Below are positions 52,979-62,860 of a DNA stretch of 64,000 bases, in pieces. Within the stretch, counting starts at the first letter, position 1; every line of letters begins with the position of its first letter. The position numbers were made by a program, and so were the translations under genes. Origin of the DNA: Anaerolineae bacterium (GTDB taxonomy: Bacteria > Chloroflexota > Anaerolineae > Aggregatilineales > UBA3940); NCBI GenBank assembly GCA_016926255.1, contig JAFGOY010000053.1, positions 68,919-132,918 on the forward strand, in the 5' to 3' direction. The notes beneath the pieces are model-generated. The model was not told the DNA's origin. It was given only the letters and a program-made list of their open reading frames with translations, and made no database searches.

Positions 52979-54355
52979 TCAGTTGTAATCGTCCTCGAAG
53001 TTGCGCTTGCCGCGCTTCTCGACTTCCGCCTCGCGCCCCCGGCGGTGAACATCGTCGAAGCCTTCCGGCTTGATCGTCATATGCTTGCCGGAAGCCAGCC
53101 CGGAGACGCCTTTCTGAACGATGTTTTCCTGCGCCGCCTTCGGCTCTAGGTATTTGCGCAGGTGCTCGTCGTCACGCTGATAAGCTTCGTCCGGCTCAGA
53201 ATAAGTCGTGATGAACCCCTCATAGTTGCGCAGCACGACCCGGTTGGCCCCTTCGCTGATCACGTAGTTGGGCATCACCGGAATCTTGCCACCGCCGCCT
53301 GGTGCATCGACCACGTAAGTCGGGACGGCGTAGCCGGACGTATGGCCGCGAAGCGCCTCGATGATCTCTATGCCAACGGCTACCGGCGTCCGGAAGTGCC
53401 CCGCCCCCTGCACAAGGTCACATTGATAGAGATAGTAGGGACGAACCCGGTTCCTGACCAGCTTTTGTACCAGTTCCATCTGCACTTCGGGGCTGTCGTT
53501 GACGCCGCGCAGCAGCACCGACTGGTTGCCCAGCGGAATCCCTGCATCGGCGAGTTTCGCCAGTGCCCGGCTCAGTTCGGGCGTGATCTCGCGCGGGTGA
53601 TTGACATGAATATTCAACCACAGCGGGTGAAACCGGCTCAGCATGTCAACCAGTTCATCGGTGATGCGCTGCGGCAGAAAGACCGGCACCCGCGACCCGA
53701 TGCGGATGATCTCAAGATGCGGAATTTCGTGCAGACTCGACAGCAGATTTTCAAGCATTCGCTCCGGCATGATAAGCGGATCGCCCCCGGAGAGCAGCAC
53801 GTCGCGCACCTGGGGCGTATTCCTGATGTATTCGATCTGCGCCTCGTGATCGCTACGGCTGTAATTCGCCGAAGGATCGCCGACCACCCGCGAACGAGTG
53901 CAGTAGCGACAGTAGCTGGCGCACTGCGTGGTAACCAGCATTAAGACCCGGTCAGGATAGCGATGCACCAGCCCCGGCACCGGTGAATGTGCGTCCTCCG
54001 AGAGTGAGTCGGCCATCATCGAATCGAAGGCCACCATCTCACTCCCTTTGGGGATCACCTGCAAGCGAACCGGCCCGCGAGGGTCGTCCGCTTCGAGCAG
54101 ACTGGCGAAATACGGCGTGACGTCGACGCGGAACTTACCCTCGGCACTCAACCCTTCGATCTCGTCGTCGGTCAAATCGATGACCTGTTGGAGTTCTTCG
54201 AGCGAGTTGAGCCGGTTGCTCATCTGCCAGCGCCAATCGTTCCATTTTTCGTCGGGCACGTCGGCCCATAATGCCGGGCGCGGCGTCATCTCAAGGGGTT
54301 GATCTCCCGGGATCGATTCTGCCTGGCGCTGACCGGCGGTCGGTGTCACTTCCAT
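52979..54355 (-). CDS. kamA: lysine 2,3-aminomutase family radical SAM enzyme
   Basis: Radical SAM cluster motif CASYCRYCTRS and KamA-type N-terminus (WNDWRWQMSNR). 458 aa. Confidence 0.9.
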   Translation of the reverse strand: MEVTPTAGQRQAESIPGDQPLEMTPRPALWADVPDEKWNDWRWQMSNRLNSLEELQQVIDLTDDEIEGLSAEGKFRVDVTPYFASLLEADDPRGPVRLQVIPKGSEMVAFDSMMADSLSEDAHSPVPGLVHRYPDRVLMLVTTQCASYCRYCTRSRVVGDPSANYSRSDHEAQIEYIRNTPQVRDVLLSGGDPLIMPERMLENLLSSLHEIPHLEIIRIGSRVPVFLPQRITDELVDMLSRFHPLWLNIHVNHPREITPELSRALAKLADAGIPLGNQSVLLRGVNDSPEVQMELVQKLVRNRVRPYYLYQCDLVQGAGHFRTPVAVGIEIIEALRGHTSGYAVPTYVVDAPGGGGKIPVMPNYVISEGANRVVLRNYEGFITTYSEPDEAYQRDDEHLRKYLEPKAAQENIVQKGVSGLASGKHMTIKPEGFDDVHRRGREAEVEKRGKRNFEDDYN

Positions 54356-54370
54356 ACTCTGATCTCCATT

Positions 54371-54415
54371 TCATCTCTCAATCTGCCCAGAAATCATCTC
54401 TACGGATTCATCTCT
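54371..54415. repeat. three direct copies of TCATCTCT (AGAGATGA on the minus strand) in the kamA leader
   Basis: Copies at 54371-54378, 54394-54401 and 54408-54415, all within 60 nt upstream of the kamA ATG (54355). Confidence 0.5.
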
Positions 54416-54523
54416 CTGCCTATCCGAACTGAACGAAGTGAATTTACGGACAGGTCATTGATTGAGGTACTTTGAGGATAACGCACGGGTATTATTGTCA
54501 CAAACACTTACGCCGAAAACCGG

Positions 54524-54964
54524 TCAATCTTCGTCACGAGCCAGTTCCGACCGGCACCCCTCACACAGGCCAAAAATCGCAAAATGATCGATCCGAGGAG
54601 CAAACCGGTACCGTTCGATCAGCGTTTCCCGCAAACCGGCGAAGAGATCGTCGGACACATCGACAATATGGTTGCAGTTCAGGCAGATCAAATGGTGGTG
54701 GGGCTGATCGCCGATCAGGCAGTAGACGTCGGCTCCCTGGCCGATATCGGTCTGCGATACGGCTTCGTTCTCCTTCAACCATTGCAAGGTGCGATAGACG
54801 GTCGCCTCGTCCACTTTGATGTCGTTTTCAACAAGGCGGCGGTGAACATCCTCGACGGTCAGGTGATGATCCGCTTCACACAAAACCCGGATGATCCAGC
54901 GGCGGGGCACCGTCATCCGGTGTCCTTTCGATTGAAGCTGCTCGACGATCGTTTCGGGTTCCAT
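54524..54964 (-). CDS. Fur family transcriptional regulator (Fur/Zur/PerR-like)
   Basis: Winged-helix N-terminus and metal sites HHHLICLNCNHIVDV and CEGC. Confidence 0.85.
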   Translation of the reverse strand: MEPETIVEQLQSKGHRMTVPRRWIIRVLCEADHHLTVEDVHRRLVENDIKVDEATVYRTLQWLKENEAVSQTDIGQGADVYCLIGDQPHHHLICLNCNHIVDVSDDLFAGLRETLIERYRFAPRIDHFAIFGLCEGCRSELARDED

Positions 54965-55020
54965 TTTCAGCCTTTAGTATCTCGTTTTCCCCACCATTTT
55001 AAGCCGGGCGGATGTAGAGA

Positions 55021-55050
55021 ACAACCGAAACCGCCCCGGTTACGGGGCGG
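55021..55050 (-). terminator. intrinsic terminator after clpC
   Basis: Minus strand CCGCCCCG-UAAC-CGGGGCGG (8 bp) followed by UUUCGGUUGU. Confidence 0.65.
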
Positions 55051-55082
55051 GCGACTGCCTATCATCTGATCGGCGATCAGGA

Positions 55083-57512
55083 TCAGGTATGGAAGACAAT
55101 ACCATCTTCCTCGGTAGCATCGACAATAACATGCGACCCTGATTCGAAATCACCGCGCAAGATCTGCACTGAGAGCGGACTCTCAACGCTTTTCTGGAGC
55201 GCCCGGCGCAGCGGACGCGCCCCAAAAGCCGGGTCGTAGCCCTGCCGGGCCAGCCAGACACGGGCCGCTTCGGTCAGTTCGACGGTTAAACCCTGTTCCT
55301 CAAGCCGTGTGGCGATCTCGGCCATTTGCAGATCGACGATCTGCTCGACCTCCTCGATTGACAGCGGCGAGAAGATGATGATCTCGTCGACACGGTTCAG
55401 GAACTCAGGCCGGAAAGTTTCCTTCAGCGCCTTTTCAATCTTGCTGTGATCGGCCACCGTCTCCGGGTCCTGGCTTGAGACAAAGCCCAGCGTGCCGCCC
55501 TTGCGGGCGAACTCCGTTCCCAGGTTGCTGGTCATGATGATCACCGTGTTGCGGAAGTCGATGGTACGCCCCTGCCCATCTGTCAGTCGGCCATCGTCCA
55601 GAATTTGCAGCAGCGCATTCCAGACATCCTGATGCGCCTTTTCGACCTCGTCGAACAGGATGACGCGGTATGGACGGCGGCGAACGGCTTCGGTAAGCTG
55701 ACCGCCTTCTTCATAACCGACGTATCCGGGCGGCGCACCGAACAGCCGGGCGGTAGTATGCTGTTCACGATACTCGCTCATATCGATCCGGAGCAGCGCG
55801 TCCGGGTCATCGAACATAAACTCGGCCAGCGCCTTAGCCAGTTCTGTTTTGCCCACCCCCGACGATCCGAGAAAGATGAACGACCCGATCGGGCGCTTGG
55901 GGTCTTTCAGGCCGGAGCGTGCCCGGCGGATCGCATCGGAAACGGCGGCGACCGCTTCGTTCTGGCCGATGATCCGCTCGTGGAGACCGTCTTCCATCCG
56001 CAGCAGTTTCTCGGCTTCCGTTTCCATCATCTGGTTAACCGGAATCCCCGTCCAGCGGGCGACAACAGCGGCGACATCTTTCTCGTCGACAATCTCGTCG
56101 AGCGTATTGTCCTGCTGCCACTTGCCGTAGCGTTCGTCGTATTCGCCTTTGAGCTGCAATCGCTGTGTTTTGTACTGCGCTGCAGCCTGATAATCGCCAT
56201 TCAGCGCGGCCTGTTCCTCCTCAGCCGTCAGCCGATCAATCTCGTTCCGCATCTCTTTTAGTTCACTGGGCATCGAGTAAAGCGCGACTCGCACGCTGGC
56301 CGCCGCCTCATCGATCAGGTCGATGGCCTTGTCGGGCAGGAAGCGATCGGTCACGTAGCGGTGGCTGAGCCGCGCCGCCGCGATCAATGCTTCATCAGAA
56401 TAGGTGACGTTGTGATGCGCTTCATAACGGGCTTTCAGCCCCTTGAGCATTTCTATCGTTTCGTCAATCGAAGGTTCTTCAACGTATACCGGCGCGAAGC
56501 GCCGTTCCAGCGCGGAGTCTTTCTCGATATGCTGGCGATATTCGTCAAGCGTCGTCGCACCGACGGTCTGGAGTTCACCGCGCGCCAGAGCGGGCTTCAT
56601 CATGTTCGAAGCATCGAGTGCCCCCTGGGCAGCGCCTGCGCCGACCACCTGGTGAATCTCGTCGATGAAGAGAATGATCTCCCCTTCGGAACGCTGCACT
56701 TCTTCGATCGCTGCCTTAAGCCGCTCCTCGAACTCACCCCGGAAGCGCGACCCGGCGATCATCGCCGCCAGGTCCATCTCGATCACCCGCTTGCCCATCA
56801 GGATTTCGGGCACGTCGTTTGCGACGATCTTCTGTGCCAGTCCTTCGACAATAGCCGTTTTACCGACCCCCGCTTCGCCGATCAGCACCGGGTTGTTCTT
56901 GGTACGTCGGCTGAGAATCTGGATCACGCGCAGGATTTCATCGTCACGCCCGATGACCGGGTCGAGTTTGCCCTCGGCGGCCATCCGCGAGAGGTCGCGG
57001 CTGTAACGCGCCAGCGTCCGGTAGCGGCTCTCGGCCTGCGGGTCGGTGACTCGCTGCCCGCCGCGTATTTCCCGGATCACTTCCTGAACCCGTTCACGGG
57101 TCACGCCCGCCTCGCGCAGAAAACGCGACGACGGGGTCGAGCGATCCCCCAGGATCGCCAGGAAAATATGCTCGGTCGAGATGTACTCGTCGTTGAGTCG
57201 GCTGGCTTCTTCCTGTGCCCCTTCGATCACGCGGTTGACGCGCGGCGTGATAAACACCGGCACCGCCCCGCGCCCATAGACGGCGGTAGAATGGGGCGAA
57301 TTGCGCAGATCGTCATCGAGGCGCTGGATGAGCTGCTCCTGATCGACGTTTAGCTTCTCAAGAATCTGCCCGGTAACGCCATCAGGCTGTTCCAATAGAG
57401 CCAGCATGATATGTTCAGTATCGATTTGCGTATGCCCGTAACGCTGGAGTATCTCAAGCGCACGCTGAACCGCATCCTGCGCACGCTCGGTAAAACGATC
57501 GGAACGATACAT
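55083..57512 (-). CDS. clpC: ATP-dependent Clp protease ATP-binding subunit ClpC
   Basis: Duplicated Clp_N repeats, two AAA+ modules ([16 protein letters not shown]), a short UVR-like middle domain ([15 protein letters not shown]) and an LGF loop. 809 aa. Confidence 0.9.
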   Translation of the reverse strand: MYRSDRFTERAQDAVQRALEILQRYGHTQIDTEHIMLALLEQPDGVTGQILEKLNVDQEQLIQRLDDDLRNSPHSTAVYGRGAVPVFITPRVNRVIEGAQEEASRLNDEYISTEHIFLAILGDRSTPSSRFLREAGVTRERVQEVIREIRGGQRVTDPQAESRYRTLARYSRDLSRMAAEGKLDPVIGRDDEILRVIQILSRRTKNNPVLIGEAGVGKTAIVEGLAQKIVANDVPEILMGKRVIEMDLAAMIAGSRFRGEFEERLKAAIEEVQRSEGEIILFIDEIHQVVGAGAAQGALDASNMMKPALARGELQTVGATTLDEYRQHIEKDSALERRFAPVYVEEPSIDETIEMLKGLKARYEAHHNVTYSDEALIAAARLSHRYVTDRFLPDKAIDLIDEAAASVRVALYSMPSELKEMRNEIDRLTAEEEQAALNGDYQAAAQYKTQRLQLKGEYDERYGKWQQDNTLDEIVDEKDVAAVVARWTGIPVNQMMETEAEKLLRMEDGLHERIIGQNEAVAAVSDAIRRARSGLKDPKRPIGSFIFLGSSGVGKTELAKALAEFMFDDPDALLRIDMSEYREQHTTARLFGAPPGYVGYEEGGQLTEAVRRRPYRVILFDEVEKAHQDVWNALLQILDDGRLTDGQGRTIDFRNTVIIMTSNLGTEFARKGGTLGFVSSQDPETVADHSKIEKALKETFRPEFLNRVDEIIIFSPLSIEEVEQIVDLQMAEIATRLEEQGLTVELTEAARVWLARQGYDPAFGARPLRRALQKSVESPLSVQILRGDFESGSHVIVDATEEDGIVFHT

Positions 57513-57673
57513 CAGCTAAAATCCTCACTACTCTATACCACTCTCATTAAAAAGTAGGTCGCTTTTATGCCAGATTCGATCACAGTATACAACAGGCGAA
57601 AGGCTGGCGATAAAGCCGCCTTTTGTTAAAGAAATTGTCCTGTATTCTCGATGGGATGTCCATCAAATAAGTA

Positions 57674-58825
57674 TTAGAACGCCGTTAGTTCCCGGTAGAT
57701 GGCGACCGTCTGGCTGGCGACTTGCGCCTGGGTGTAGCGTTCGATGACACGTTCACGTCCCGTTGTGGACAACGACTTGCGCAGATCGAGATCGTCGATC
57801 AGCGTTTGAAGCTGGCGCTGCAAGGCTATGGCATCACCTTCGGGGAAGGTCAGTCCTGCCTCGCCAATCACACCGGGGATTGCCCCCGACTCCGCGCCGA
57901 CGACCGGCACGCCGCAGGCCATCGCCTCGATCAAGACACGGCCAAACTGCTCTTTCCAGTTTGGCTGTGTGCGCGAGGGGAGAACAAGCGCGTCAAGCTG
58001 GTGGTAGAAGCCGGGCATTTCGGTGGAGGGAATCTTCTCCTCGAACCGGACGCTGCCGGAGATATTGTAGATCCCGGCCAGCGTTTGAATCTCTTCGCGT
58101 AGCGGACCATCCCCCAGCAGGCGCAGCACCCACTTGCCCGACAGCCCGGCGGCGGCCTGGATCAGCAGATCAAGCCCCTTTTCGGGGACAAATCGCCCCG
58201 CATAACCGATGATGAAATGCTCGCGGTCGGGTGCCTGATCAGGCGGCGAGAACATCGCCGGATCGACGCCAAACTGGGGAATGACGGCCAGCGGGCCTGT
58301 GTAACCCTTTTCACGCCATACCTCGACCGCCTCCTCGTTACCGGCAATCCCGTAATCGGCGTGGTGCAGCACCCAGCGCTCGATCTGGGCGAAGGGCGGC
58401 GGGTAGCGGCGCAGCAGATTCTGCCAGGAAAAGAACAGCCCCTTCGCCTCACAGCGACGGGCCAGTTGCAGCGCATGAAAGGTCGAGAGGTTGTAAGGTT
58501 CTTCGTCGATATGGACGATATGCGGCCCGATCTCCTCGATCAGTTCCCGCAGGCTGGGGTGATAATGCAGGTGGAAATTCCCGTTGAAGCGCAGCGGGAG
58601 CACTTCCAACCGGTAGCCTTCCAGATGGGTACGCTCAAGAGGAATATAGTTGCCTTTGCCGGCCCAGAAAGGCGGGACGACGACGGTCAGATCGATCTCC
58701 GGGTAGGCGGCGATCTCTTCCAGCTTACGCTGGTAGGCCCCCATCAGACAGGCTTTGGAGATCATCAGGACACGCAGGGAGGTCGAAGCAAGTTTCTCAG
58801 GCAAAATACGATCCTTAAAAGGCAA
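57674..58825 (-). CDS. glycosyltransferase family 4 (GT-B, group 1)
   Basis: C-terminal GT1 motif EQFGRVLIEAMACGVPVVG and the N-terminal GT4-like domain. Confidence 0.85.
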   Translation of the reverse strand: MPFKDRILPEKLASTSLRVLMISKACLMGAYQRKLEEIAAYPEIDLTVVVPPFWAGKGNYIPLERTHLEGYRLEVLPLRFNGNFHLHYHPSLRELIEEIGPHIVHIDEEPYNLSTFHALQLARRCEAKGLFFSWQNLLRRYPPPFAQIERWVLHHADYGIAGNEEAVEVWREKGYTGPLAVIPQFGVDPAMFSPPDQAPDREHFIIGYAGRFVPEKGLDLLIQAAAGLSGKWVLRLLGDGPLREEIQTLAGIYNISGSVRFEEKIPSTEMPGFYHQLDALVLPSRTQPNWKEQFGRVLIEAMACGVPVVGAESGAIPGVIGEAGLTFPEGDAIALQRQLQTLIDDLDLRKSLSTTGRERVIERYTQAQVASQTVAIYRELTAF

Positions 58826-58889
58826 GTCGCCAACTCAATTGTCTGATACTTATAAACGGTAGTGGATGGTTCGTCAAGATAGAGATCGA

Positions 58890-61469
58890 TCAGAGGATAC
58901 TCATCGGGTGGCGATCGATCGTATCCAGCAGCGGGAGCAGGTTGAACTGTTCGGCCAGCAGCCGGGCGTGAGTCAGCGCTTCGCGGGCGTTCAGTTCCTT
59001 TTTCGCCTTCCAGTACATATCAGCCAGGTTGTACCAGGTGTAGGCCATCCCCACCCGGTCGTCGAGGCTCTGTTGAAGCCCCAGTGCCTGTTCCCAGGTG
59101 GAACGGGCACCTTCCCATTTTTCCTGAAAGGCGTAGACAGCCCCTAGGTTGGTGAGGGTGCGGGCGCGGCCCAGGGCATCGCCAAGCGACTCCATGAGGT
59201 ACAGGCCCTCCGAAAAATGTTCGTGTGCTGCATCGTATTGGCCCGCTGCCGAGTAAGCCATTCCCAGCCGGAGATGAGTCCGCGACTGGGCAGGGATATT
59301 GCCATCGACGTGAAAACGGTCGAGCGCCTGAAGCTGCACGCCCAACGCCGCGTCGACTGCTCCGGCCCGCAGCAAAGCGATGCTATGTGTGCTCAAAGTC
59401 TGGCCGTCCGGCGGATCGTCTTCAAATGTATCCAGAGCCAGTTGAGAGAGTTCCAATGCCTGCTCGACGCGATCGTTATGCAGGGCCAGGTTTACCAGGC
59501 CGTTCAAGGCCTGCCGCCGTATATCTGGACGCCGATAGCGCTGCGCGGTGGCGGCAGCGCGCTGAAACGCCTCGTAAGCCGGTTCGGTATGGCCCAGGTC
59601 TTGAGACAGCCACCCGATCTCGACCAGCGCCTCGGCCTGTCGAGCGTAATCACCGGTCTCACCAAACAGGGCAACCGCCTCGGATAACAGCTTCCCGGCC
59701 AGGGAGAATTTGCCGAGCCATCGGTAAGCGACCCCCAGTTCCAGCAGAATCACCGCCAGGCTGTCCGGATCACCGGCACTCAGCCGCATCTGTTCGGCGG
59801 TTTCCGAAAGCACATCCCGCCACAAAGCCCATTGACCGGATCGGCGGACGACCGGCGATAGCTGAACGACGAGTGCTGATACCTGCTTCGCATCCTCACC
59901 GGCAACCTGACCAGGGAGCAGATCGACCAGGTAAGGCAGCAAGGATATACCCTCCTGCCCCTGCGCCATCAGCGCAATTTGTTTCAGGTAACTCTGGCCC
60001 TGCTCCCTGACGAATCGCCGGGCCAGCGGCGACATTCCGTAAAGAGGTTCATCGCCTGACGCATCCACCAGCGAGCAGGTGGTCAGCGCCTCCAACGCTG
60101 AATCTAGGTCATTCGGCTCGAGACGCGACATGGTCAGTATTTTTGCCCAGGCCGCCTCCTTCGATGGCAAAAGGCTGATCGCCGCAGCCGCCTGCCGGGC
60201 AGTTTCGTCCAGGGCTTCCCAGACCGATCCAAACATCGACTGGAGCAGCCCTTCGCCCTGATCGACCTGAATGGAGGAAAGATTCTCCATCACCCTGTCG
60301 AGCGGTAAAAAAGCCATCTGGCCGATCACCATCCGCCCGGCCAACGGATTGCCCCCCAACATGGTATGCAAATCTCTCAACACCGCTTCATCGAGATGAA
60401 CTGTCCGCGAAATCCGCCGTCGGCGGGCGGCATCGAGCAGTAGATCGGAAAAGCTATCCAGGTCGAGGGGCTGAACCTGAACGACACGAACCGGAGACTC
60501 GATTGGCGGGTGGCGGCGGGAAATGACCAGCGCGTGCCCTGGTGCAGTCAATCTCCCCAAACGGGGTAACAGATTGTCGAGGTCTTCAATATGATCGGCA
60601 GAATCGAGCACCACCAGAGTGGGCACCGACGACAGTCTGGCCCGCAGCCCGGCTTCGACCTCGTCCGGGTTGGTGCTGGACAGGTGGGAATACCCTAATT
60701 CACGGGCCAGGTTATGCAGTACAGTCGTGTAAGCTGTCTGCACATCAAAATCCAGCCAGGCAAAATCCTCATAACGATCCGCTTCGATCAGCCGCTGGAC
60801 AACCGATTGGGCCAGCGCCGTTTTGCCGATTCCCCTCGCGCCGACCAGCACCGTTACATGGGGGGGAGACGGATCATGCAAAAACTCATAGAGATCGTCC
60901 CCTGCTCTGCCATCACCAAACAGTTGGACGGAGGATGGCGCAGGGAGCTTCAATTGCAGCCACAGGCGACGGTTGTCGAGACGAGCCTTGATTTCAAGCT
61001 GGCCGATCATCTCTGTCAGGCGGCGCAGCCCCAGCGACATCCGGCGGTTCACCTGTCGGGTAGACACGCCTAACACATTCGAAAGTTCCTGCACCTGCAA
61101 ATCAAGGTCAATATACACATAACGATGGTAGAGCAGGCTCCAACCTTCCAATTCGCTGTTCGCCTGCTGAAAATCGCGGAGCAAAACGTCGAGCGCTTCC
61201 TCCCGATGCTCGCCCACATCGGTAGGGATTCTGTGAATGACCCGAAACTGCCGCAGCCGATCCGTGATCAGATCGGTCAGAACTGCCGAAAGGGCAACAT
61301 CGCGTTCAACTGGTGAGGTCACAAACCCACACGAATCAATCTGAGCATGGACCCAGACCAGGCGGCGCAGAGGATTGTCGTCATCAATCGGCCTGGCGGA
61401 TCGCATACATTCGAGAACGTGTTGGACGGCGGACTCATCAACCAGCATGATTTTCGTTGAGTCAGACAT
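58890..61469 (-). CDS. STAND NTPase: N-terminal sigma-70 region-4-like HTH, then NB-ARC ATPase, then C-terminal TPR array
   Basis: HTH-like LSNVLGVSTRQVNRRMSLGLRRL, P-loop GARGIGKTALAQ, Walker B LVVLDSADH, NB-ARC GxP-like LGGNPLA, and at least 6 TPR-like repeats (e.g. LGVAYRWLGKF, LGMAYSAAGQYDAA, LGAVYAFQEKWEGA). Confidence 0.8.
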   Translation of the reverse strand: MSDSTKIMLVDESAVQHVLECMRSARPIDDDNPLRRLVWVHAQIDSCGFVTSPVERDVALSAVLTDLITDRLRQFRVIHRIPTDVGEHREEALDVLLRDFQQANSELEGWSLLYHRYVYIDLDLQVQELSNVLGVSTRQVNRRMSLGLRRLTEMIGQLEIKARLDNRRLWLQLKLPAPSSVQLFGDGRAGDDLYEFLHDPSPPHVTVLVGARGIGKTALAQSVVQRLIEADRYEDFAWLDFDVQTAYTTVLHNLARELGYSHLSSTNPDEVEAGLRARLSSVPTLVVLDSADHIEDLDNLLPRLGRLTAPGHALVISRRHPPIESPVRVVQVQPLDLDSFSDLLLDAARRRRISRTVHLDEAVLRDLHTMLGGNPLAGRMVIGQMAFLPLDRVMENLSSIQVDQGEGLLQSMFGSVWEALDETARQAAAAISLLPSKEAAWAKILTMSRLEPNDLDSALEALTTCSLVDASGDEPLYGMSPLARRFVREQGQSYLKQIALMAQGQEGISLLPYLVDLLPGQVAGEDAKQVSALVVQLSPVVRRSGQWALWRDVLSETAEQMRLSAGDPDSLAVILLELGVAYRWLGKFSLAGKLLSEAVALFGETGDYARQAEALVEIGWLSQDLGHTEPAYEAFQRAAATAQRYRRPDIRRQALNGLVNLALHNDRVEQALELSQLALDTFEDDPPDGQTLSTHSIALLRAGAVDAALGVQLQALDRFHVDGNIPAQSRTHLRLGMAYSAAGQYDAAHEHFSEGLYLMESLGDALGRARTLTNLGAVYAFQEKWEGARSTWEQALGLQQSLDDRVGMAYTWYNLADMYWKAKKELNAREALTHARLLAEQFNLLPLLDTIDRHPMSIL

Positions 61470-61798
61470 TAGCCGCAGCCTTCACCAACCTTAAAAATTT
61501 CGCCTTTCAGATAATTTTTAACACGCCAGCTTGCACCCCAGGAGCCTAACAAGGTATGCTTGCCTTGGCGTCGAAATTCGATAGCTGCCGATCAATTTTC
61601 AGTAAGCTGCCACCGGGTTTGTTGCTTAATTCTTCGCAACAGTAGAAGACCCCGGATAGTAACAAGCAAAACAATCTAATCATCTTGCATCAGCCCCCAG
61701 GAAACTCGAATGTTTTTTATTTCCAGGGACATTTCGACTTTCCTGGCAGCAGTTCCTTCTGCAAACGAACTGCTTTAGCGCGATGGAACAACCGTGAT

Positions 61799-62860
61799 AT
61801 GAACCGTCATCCCTTTATTGCCATTGAAGGCGTGATCGGGGTGGGTAAGACCACTCTTGCACGCCTGCTTCAACCGGAAATGGGCGGCACTATTCTGCTT
61901 GAAGAATTCGAAGAGAACCCGTTTCTCTCCGATTTCTATGCCGACCGCACTCGGTATGCCTTCCAGACTCAATTGTTCTTTCTGCTCAGCCGCTATCGCC
62001 AACAGTTGTCGACCGTCACCACCGGGCTGGGACAGGGTCCAGTGACTTCGGATTATATTTTTGCCAAAGACAGCCTGTTCGCTCACCTGAATCTCTCCGG
62101 CGACGAACTGGCAATGTACGATAGGGTCTATGCAGCGCTCAACGAAAAAATTCCCACGCCTGACCTGCTGGTATTTCTCCGCGCCGATCTCGATGTACTG
62201 ATGGGGCGCATCGCTGCCCGCGACCGGCCATACGAGCGCGACATGGACCCCGATTATATCGAAGAATTAAGGATTGCCTACGAGGAATTTGTCAGCAGTT
62301 ATGACGAAGCCCCTGTCCTGGTCATTGACACGAATTCACTCGACTTCGTCCGCAGCGAAGACGATTTGACTTATGTGCTCCAGCGCATCAAGAGCGATCT
62401 GAAGTACGGTATTTATCAGGCGCAGCTTCCCGGCGTGGGGGAAGAGACGATTCGCGAACCTAAAGCCATTCTCGAGGAGATGGAAAATGGTGTCCACAGT
62501 CTGGCTGATATGCAGGAGTTTCATCTGTCGCTTGACGCCGAAAAAGGGTTCGACCCCGACCCGTTCATGAATTTCATTGCACTCAACGAAGAGGTAGGCG
62601 AACTGGCCCATGCCCTCAAAAAAACCTGGCTGGCGCAGGCCGAGTATCGTAAGGCAGGTAAAGAGCAGCGCGAAGCGCAGCGAATGGCCGTCGCGAAACA
62701 CCGGGCGCAAATTCAGGAAGAACTGGCTGACTGCCTGGCGTATCTGCTCAAACTCAGCAATTATGCCAGTATTGATTTAGAAAAAGCCTATATCGACAAG
62801 ATGGAAATCGTCACCAATAATCAGTCAAAGTATGAAACAAGAATAAAGGAGACGGAATGA
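61799..62860 (+). CDS. deoxynucleoside kinase fused to a C-terminal MazG-like (all-alpha NTP pyrophosphohydrolase) domain
   Basis: dNK P-loop IAIEGVIGVGKTTLARLL, ENPFLSDFY and the RxxxR region ARDRPYER. C-terminal MazG-type motifs EEVGELAHALKK and EELADCLAYLLKLSNYASIDLEKAY. Start set to ATG 61799. The upstream 38 codons in the track lie in an AT-rich intergenic region. Confidence 0.8.
   Translation: MNRHPFIAIEGVIGVGKTTLARLLQPEMGGTILLEEFEENPFLSDFYADRTRYAFQTQLFFLLSRYRQQLSTVTTGLGQGPVTSDYIFAKDSLFAHLNLSGDELAMYDRVYAALNEKIPTPDLLVFLRADLDVLMGRIAARDRPYERDMDPDYIEELRIAYEEFVSSYDEAPVLVIDTNSLDFVRSEDDLTYVLQRIKSDLKYGIYQAQLPGVGEETIREPKAILEEMENGVHSLADMQEFHLSLDAEKGFDPDPFMNFIALNEEVGELAHALKKTWLAQAEYRKAGKEQREAQRMAVAKHRAQIQEELADCLAYLLKLSNYASIDLEKAYIDKMEIVTNNQSKYETRIKETE

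Noticed and set aside
57513-57673. CtsR operator or CIRCE element upstream of clpC
   Set aside because: I found no GGTCAAA tandem repeat or TTAGCACTC-N9-GAGTGCTAA inverted repeat. There is only a weak imperfect hairpin (about 57599-57630).
61685-61798. 38-codon N-terminal extension of the dNK-MazG ORF
   Set aside because: It lies in an AT-rich intergenic region. dNK proteins begin a few residues before the P-loop, which fits ATG 61799.
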